Assembly (NCBI RefSeq): GCF_947563725.1
Contig: NC_079163.1
Span: 54,758,922 to 54,822,921 of the forward strand
DNA length: 64,000 nucleotides
Direction of reading: 5' to 3'
Origin: Argiope bruennichi
Taxonomy: Eukaryota
The notes beneath the pieces were generated by a model, which was not told where the DNA came from, searched no databases, and was given only the letters and a program-made list of their open reading frames with translations. How positions within the stretch are numbered: the first letter of the stretch is position 1; each line of letters begins with the position of its first letter. Positions 57,530 through 64,000 of the stretch are shown piece by piece. The position numbers and the translations under genes are program-made.

Positions 57530-58774
57530 GTAATGTAGTCTTTTTTAATGCAAATAGTTTGATATATTTTTAAACTTTCAAATGTGTAATACAAATAAAT
57601 CACCAAATTTAGATACACGGAATAATAATACAAAAAAATCATTAGTATTTTAGGAAATAAACGCTTTTTTTACACATTACTGAAATAATATTTTACATTT
57701 ATTTTGCTTTAATAATATTTCGTAATTTTAAATAATTTTGCATAGTAATGTTAAGGGTCCTTTTTTAGCATATCAATAGCTGTTTCAATCCAATAATTTG
57801 ACTGCGCGCCCTGAAATTGTACAAGATACTTTTTCAAATGAAAATGATTTTTTTTCTTTTGTTTTGCAGGTTAATTTCATTTTTATAACATCCCCAATTA
57901 AAATAATCAAACAAAGGCTAAAAGAACTGCTTATTCGAAACTGAATATGAGTTCCGGAAAAACAGTAACCAGGATAAGGTTAAGCTCTGATGGGCCTCTT
58001 AGGCAATGCAAGTTTCGAGGGTCATTTTCCTCCTCTCAAACTTCCGAAACCAGATATATTTTATAGATTTTATCTCTATATAAACCAGTTTTTACGAGAC
58101 ACATTTTGCAGTAAATTGAAATAGAACAATTAATTGCAAGTTATCTTAGAAATATTTGTTTCAGTATCTCGATATATAAAAATTTAAAAGTAATTTTATA
58201 AACAAAGTGATAAAAATTTTCAAAACTTTTTAAACGCATTTTAAATACCAAAATACAAAATTTGTAAGGATTGTTTATTGACTTGTGAGCCAGTCAACTA
58301 ATTGATTTGCAAGTGAATTTGAAAATATGGAGAAGAAACCATAACAATGTTCTGAAATTTGTTTGAGTTTATGATCTTTGAATCGAATGAAAACACATAA
58401 TTGGATAACCATGAAAATACCACTATAAAATATCGGGTCTTCCAAAGTTATGAGGCCCCTAGGCAGTTGCTTATATTGCATATTTAATATATATATATAT
58501 ACTTCCTAACTTCCAAAACCAGATTTTTTTTGCCATTGATGTTAATCTTTTTATTTCTATATAAGCAGTTTTAAATAGCAAATGTGACAAACTGAAAAAC
58601 TAAATAATTTAATTTCAGTCATTTTTCAGAAAACTAGTTTTTTATTATACTAAAGTTATATGCAGCCTTCAAACATTATATCATTAAACATGATAGTTTT
58701 CTGCCAATGAAAAACTTGTCATATTGTTTTTATTAAATTTACTTTTTTTTTTTTTTTTTTTTTTTTGCAAACAG

Positions 58775-59098
58775 GTACCAGAAAAGCACCTCAAACATTT
58801 GAAGTTATCTGGAAATCAACTACACTGCAACTGTGACCTTTCCTGGATATGGGAGTGGATAAAAGAATATGAATATGAAACTCAGTGTGAAGAAATGATA
58901 TGCGAAGAGACTTACTTGCACGATTTGCGCGAAGCTGTATGTGTTAACATGAACAACAGATCAATTATTACTGTATTTAAAACAGAACTCGATTGCTTCT
59001 CAAGCGGTACATTAGCAAAACCTGCAATTGGAATATTACTTCATCTCTTCTTGAGCACTGCATTTATGCTATTTTATAACATAGTGATTGTTGCATAA
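58775..59098 (+). CDS. chp: Chaoptin-like LRR protein, terminal exon. It has an LRRCT cap (NQLHCNCDLSWIWEWI...C...C) followed by a hydrophobic GPI-signal-like tail (AIGILLHLFLSTAFMLFYNIVIVA), with the stop at 59096-59098.
   Basis: A T(21) polypyrimidine tract and ACAG acceptor sit at 58746-58774. The in-frame join is TTEGE|VPEKHLKHLKLSGNQLHCNCD. Chaoptin ends DLNCDCDLGW...C followed by a GPI signal. Confidence 0.7.
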   Translation, partial: VPEKHLKHLKLSGNQLHCNCDLSWIWEWIKEYEYETQCEEMICEETYLHDLREAVCVNMNNRSIITVFKTELDCFSSGTLAKPAIGILLHLFLSTAFMLFYNIVIVA

Positions 59099-59375
59099 AA
59101 CTGTATCGCCTTTCCTCAGTAACTGCTTCTTATAAATCGAATTAGAAAATTCATTGAAAATTTTAATATCAAGCACTTAAATAACAATATAGGAATTTTA
59201 TATTAACATAAGTTGCATAATGTTACTTATTATGCTTGATGTAAATATAAATTTAAAAATTCGCCTAAAAGTTACATTAAATTTTCTAAAAAACAGTGGA
59301 TATTAGAATGGATAGTTACTGAAGTTAATAAAAATCAATGTTATTTAATGTAAATTTGATGTGATTTTGTAATAT

Positions 59376-59520
59376 TTCAATATGTAACTTCATGAAGGCT
59401 TTCACTTTTTGATCAAGTTGTATTAAATAAAAAAGTTATGATTTTGTTATGTTTCAATATGAAACTTCATGAAAGCTTTCACTTTTTGATCAAGTTGTAT
59501 TAAATAAAAAAAGTTTTAGT
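59376..59520. repeat. Tandem duplication of a ~75 bp unit downstream of the chaoptin stop (…CAATATGWAACTTCATGAARGCTTTCACTTTTTGATCAAGTTGTATTAAATAAAAAAGTT…).
   Basis: The two near-identical copies can be read directly. Confidence 0.7.
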
Positions 59521-62500
59521 TAATCATTGGAATTGATATTTTTGATTCTATAAGCGATTCTTTCAAATGTTAATTAATCAGTACATACAAAAATCCATTT
59601 AAATCTGCTTAAACTTTAAAACATTTCTTCATTTCATTCAGACAAATTTTTTTTTTTATTTTTTCGTTTTTTCGCCCTTCTGAAAATGTTTCAAAATTAT
59701 TGCTATTGTTTGTTTCTGTAATATTATAAATGCACACTTCAAAATTTCAAGTAGTTATCAAAATATGTTAAAACTTAATTTGATTTGACAATTTAACTTT
59801 TTTGATTGAGACAATTTAAAAACTTTTACAATGTATAAGAAAAGCCACAGTATTTTTTTTTTGGGGGGGGGGTCTTAATCATATCTTAAAAATACTTTTC
59901 GATATTAATAACATATTGAATCAAAACATATCTGGTATGTAAATCAGTCAGTTAAAAGAAAGCAGGAGGATTTCTTAATTTAGATTTCTTAAATTTCTTT
60001 CCATTTATGTATCCTTTGGAAGATGATATACATTATAATAATAGTACATTCCAGTCAGAAAATTTTTTCTAACTCCAAAGTTAGAAAATAAATAAGAAAG
60101 CGAAGAAATAATTATTGAAAACCATATTACCACAGCAAATTTAATGATTTTTTTTTATCAGATGTTTTTTTAAGTTACTTTTATTTTCAAATGTTCAAGA
60201 GTCTCAAAGAAAAGTATTCTTTGATTTCTCAACCTGGATTGAGATCGTGCGTTTAAGATATTCTGACAAACGGCCTTCAAGAGAATATGAAATCTACTAA
60301 AATTATAAATGTTGTGTTTTGCCAAGATGTCGTGAATGAAAAGAAACAGATTCCCAAGGCGAAAAACTACTCAAATCCGAATTTTTTCCCACCAAGATCT
60401 TTGCAAATAATAATTTTTTTAATACACACTGGTAATAGTTAATGCATGTTGGAGTGGATAAATAGTTGTTAATAAGAGGAGTAAAATATTAATCATAACA
60501 ATCTTTCAAAAGATTCTACCAAGGTGGTAATCACTTTTTGAACTTTCATCAATAGATTAACTATGCATAAGTATAATTATCACCTATATTTTTTCAGCAG
60601 TTAAAATGCAGCAAATTAATACCATATCTAACATAGAACATGAAATTAAAAAGAAATGAGTGTGCAAAAATAAACACTGTATGATTATTAATGATGGAAA
60701 CATTAAACAGATATCAAAAATTTAAGTAACAAAAAATAAATAACAATAAATAAATATCAAAATCAGCAATTATAACTCAAATCTAGGACCATTTTGCATT
60801 CATAAGGGGGGGGGACTCATAATTTTAAGATATGGAATTTATTTAATAATTTGGAATTGGATTCACAAACCAAGCAAAAGAAATTGTATATTTACAGGCA
60901 AAAGTAATAATCACTTCACAAATAGCTGAAACGCATACAGTAGATAGAATGGCACAGATGACAAATTTCTTTAACTTTTCAATATTTAACTAAACAATTA
61001 TCTATTATATATGTTATAACAGAAAGCTTACAAATAATTTTTAATATTGACAAAAACATATAAAAGAGGCAAAAAATCGGTTTATTAAATGAACATAGGA
61101 AAATGGAGGCAAAAATAGTTTATCTTCCACAAATTTCATCGTATTTAAAAACTCATTAGCATTAATATTATGTGTATTAAATAGTTTATAATACAATGTT
61201 AATTTCCTTCCTATCGAGACAACAGCATACACTAGTGACATTATTTTTACATTTCTAGTAACAATGTGAAAATTCATAAATTCAGTTAGAATTTATATCT
61301 TTTACACACTCAATCAAATTTACAATAAATACACACACAATGCATAGATATGTTTAAAACATATAAAAAAAAACAGGCGAATATTTGATTTTAAAAAATG
61401 CAGAATATTAAAAGAAAAATCACTTTCGGAACATGATATAAATAATTTGAAAACATTTTTTTAAATATTTTTCGCATTAACAATGCAAATACACAATTAA
61501 AAATATTCAATTATACTAGTATCCAGGTATTAAAATTACTTGTATCAGGATTTAAAAATATTCAGGTATACTGCAACTCCTAATACCGGTTATCAACCAA
61601 TAATTTTTAGTATGTTGTAATTAAATCAAAAACGTTTTCCTCTTCTAAAATTGATTGATAAAAGCAGCACATATTAACAACCGGAGAAAATACTGCATGA
61701 CCAAAATGTTTTTGAATGAACATGATGTTGACCTGTAATAAATTTGATTGCTTCTTTTTATATGAGCGGAAAACTACGTCTAAATTAAGCTTAACGAACA
61801 ATTTAATTTGATAATTCAATCATGGTCTGATACAAGTTGCAATCAGTGACGGTTCCTAGTCAAGAAACAAGCAGAATGAGAAAAAATATCTCATTATAAT
61901 TAAAGAACAATTTTTTAAAAAAGCAGCTTCACCTCTAAATAGACAACAATTTTTAACTATAGTTATTTCAGTTGCATTTAAGAAAAATATCTACGTGTGT
62001 TTCTCAATGAGTGACTTCTAATAAAAGTAAACGAATGTGTATGAAAGCTGATTTCGCCGAGAAAACGTGAGAGCGAAAGCAGATCCAAACAACAGCTAAT
62101 GCGAAAACAAAATCAAAAGAGCAAAAACAAGACTTGTGTGGGAAGGAAGGGATGGGATAAATATCCTCACATAGTTTAACGTGGGCCAGAACATCTCTTA
62201 AGCTGTGACCAGAGCAGCAAGTCACCGGCAATTTCAATGGGAAATTTTTATTTTTACCTTCCGCTAGAACGCAATGAAAGAATTTAAATAATTTCTAGCG
62301 CTGTTCGGAGACCAGTCCCAATTTCCATAGTATTTTTTATTATGCTAAGAATATCAATTTTGTCCCAAAAAAGCCCGATATTTCCTAATTTATTTTCTTA
62401 TCCAACAAGAACTGCAAGAAAATTATGGAAAACTGTAATGTACCGAAGTTTCGTTGAGGCTTAAAAGTTGAAGAATTGATGTGCATGCCTACTATAGTTA

Positions 62501-63430
62501 CAATCGTAAAGAAAGACGAAACAAAAAAGAAAAAAGATGCAGCCTTTTAAACTGCAACTAAAAAGAAATCAATGAAGGTTTATACTTAAGCTTTAACACA
62601 AGAAAAATTATTGAAATATAAAAAGAAATCTATGAAATACTGAAAACTATCTGAATTTTATTATAACTATAAAAATATTGCCACGAAATATATAGGGTGA
62701 TTAGGAAATCAGAAAAATTTTTGAAAATAAATAATTAGCAAAACAATGAAGATAGAGAAATACTTTTTGAACAAAAAGGATAAAAATGATTTTTTGTTGT
62801 CACGCAACTATAATTTATTGGTTGCATATGTAGTGAACGTGATATTTTGGATTGGCAATTAATTGATTGAAGATTTTAAATAAGAAGGAAATTCAAAATT
62901 TTTGTTTGAAAATATAACTTTATTTAATTAGGTATTGTTCTTTTTTTATCGTTGATCTTTTGTCGTATTTAAGGCCGTGTCATAATACTATGTTCATAAA
63001 TATTACGATTTTTGTCGGCAAAAAAACTAAATTAAATAAAATCACCAGCATCATTAAAAATTTTACCATTTAAGTTCTGCATTGAACAAAATAAATAAAA
63101 ATCTAAAAGCGTTATTATAGCTACATGGCGAACATGACAACACATCCCAATTTATCTTTGTAAATTTTTGTCGAGTGACTAAGCATACGAGGGAGGCTTT
63201 GCATTGCCATGTTAGAAAACAACCCGCTAAATATTTGTCAATTCTAGCCTCTTCTCTTGAAATGCATAGACATTTGAATTAACCATTTAGTTCCAAGATC
63301 AAAATTAACAGCATAATCCTTTTTTTTTGGGGGGGGGGATCTCGGATTTGATGTTGTCTAGGCTGAATTCAAAAATAAATTCGCGCAAAAATTACTGCTT
63401 TTAAATAATTTCCTACTCAAAACCAAAGGA

Positions 63431-64000
63431 TATATATTGTTACGAATCTGTGATGCTGCTTCCCAGCATAGTTGGTTCCATCATCAGAAAGATTGTTTTA
63501 CAGTCATATGTATTGGACAGAGTCCGGGTGTCGCGTCGGAGGTCCCAAACCTTGGCGACCATTTGGCGACTTGGCGACGAATTTGGCGACTAAATAGATT
63601 ATACCCGAAACATCGAGAATTTTCCCGGTCCGTTCATTAGTAACCGAGATATGCCTCCAAAGTTCCTGATTGGTTGAGAAGCTTCTAGCCCCGCCTCCTG
63701 AGACCTATAAAAGGAGGCAGTCTGCAGCTGCCGGGGTAGTAGTCGGAATCGACGGTAAAGAACGAGTCTTCCAGAGATTAGCAGAGCAGCGACGGAGTCA
63801 AGCTAGTGCTGAACTAAGCTGTGCGCTACTGTCTGCAGTAGAGTCTTGTTGTATGTTACTGTGTGCACGTCTCGGCTGAAGATAATTGTCTTCTCTATGC
63901 TGTATATAGTTGTCGTCTTTGTGCTGTGCAGTCCTGTCTTCGTGTCAATAAACGTCGTTTTTTTTCTACTGCCGCCTGCTGATTGAGCGTTCTCCACACC
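63431..64000 (+). mobile_element. Partial LTR or 5' region of a retroelement running off the window end. It has promoter architecture and a polyA signal.
   Basis: There is an abrupt switch to GC-rich sequence. A tandem TTGGCGAC x4 lies at 63551-63593, with an inverted CCAAT (GATTGG 63668-63673), a GC box (CCCCGCCTCC 63689-63698), TATAAAAG at 63706-63713 and AATAAA at 63947-63952. Confidence 0.45.
63668..63713 (+). promoter_or_regulatory. CCAAT box, GC box and TATA box core promoter.
   Basis: GATTGG, then about 15 bp, CCCCGCC, then about 8 bp, TATAAAAG. This is the classic Pol II spacing. Confidence 0.45.

Overview
This window is AT-rich metazoan (most likely arthropod) nuclear DNA, not prokaryotic. 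The evidence is spliceosomal GT-AG introns with polypyrimidine tracts, long (CA)n and (TA)n microsatellites, and nested Tc1/mariner, LINE, LTR and SINE elements. No CRISPR array, operon or prokaryote-style defence island is present. The ORF track renders TTG/GTG/CTG starts as M, so a leading M in a listed ORF is not necessarily an ATG.

Two host genes can be supported from the sequence:
- Plus strand, 53686-59098: a 3-exon gene encoding a signal peptide, an LRRNT cysteine cluster, about 40 leucine-rich repeats, an LRRCT and a hydrophobic GPI-type tail. Its motif order matches insect chaoptin block by block.
- Minus strand, from at least 46779 down to 4844 and probably beyond the window start: a more than 42 kb multi-exon gene encoding a DUF4062-like N-domain, a NACHT NTPase (Walker A GSPGSGKTT, Walker B FVLVIDGLD) and WD40-like C-terminal exons. 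This is the NWD1-type STAND architecture. Its exon phases chain consistently, and its introns are swollen by transposon insertions.

The mobile elements are:
- A nearly intact Tc1 element (one in-frame stop) inserted in a (TA)n tract.
- A Ty3/gypsy-like LTR retrotransposon (two ~330 bp LTRs with a tRNA-like module, gag-PR-RT-RH-IN carrying stops) inserted with an ATAT target-site duplication into the endonuclease domain of a LINE ORF2.
- A degraded mariner element.
- A roughly 1 kb long-TIR foldback MITE with TACAG termini and TA flanks.
- A tRNA-derived SINE with a 15-bp target-site duplication, plus a 5'-truncated second copy.
- A Tc1-like transposase tail fragment.
- A partial retroelement LTR with a CCAAT/GC-box/TATA promoter at the window's 3' edge.

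The most 'system-like' novelty is the DUF4062-NACHT-WD40 STAND locus. No previously undescribed system is claimed.
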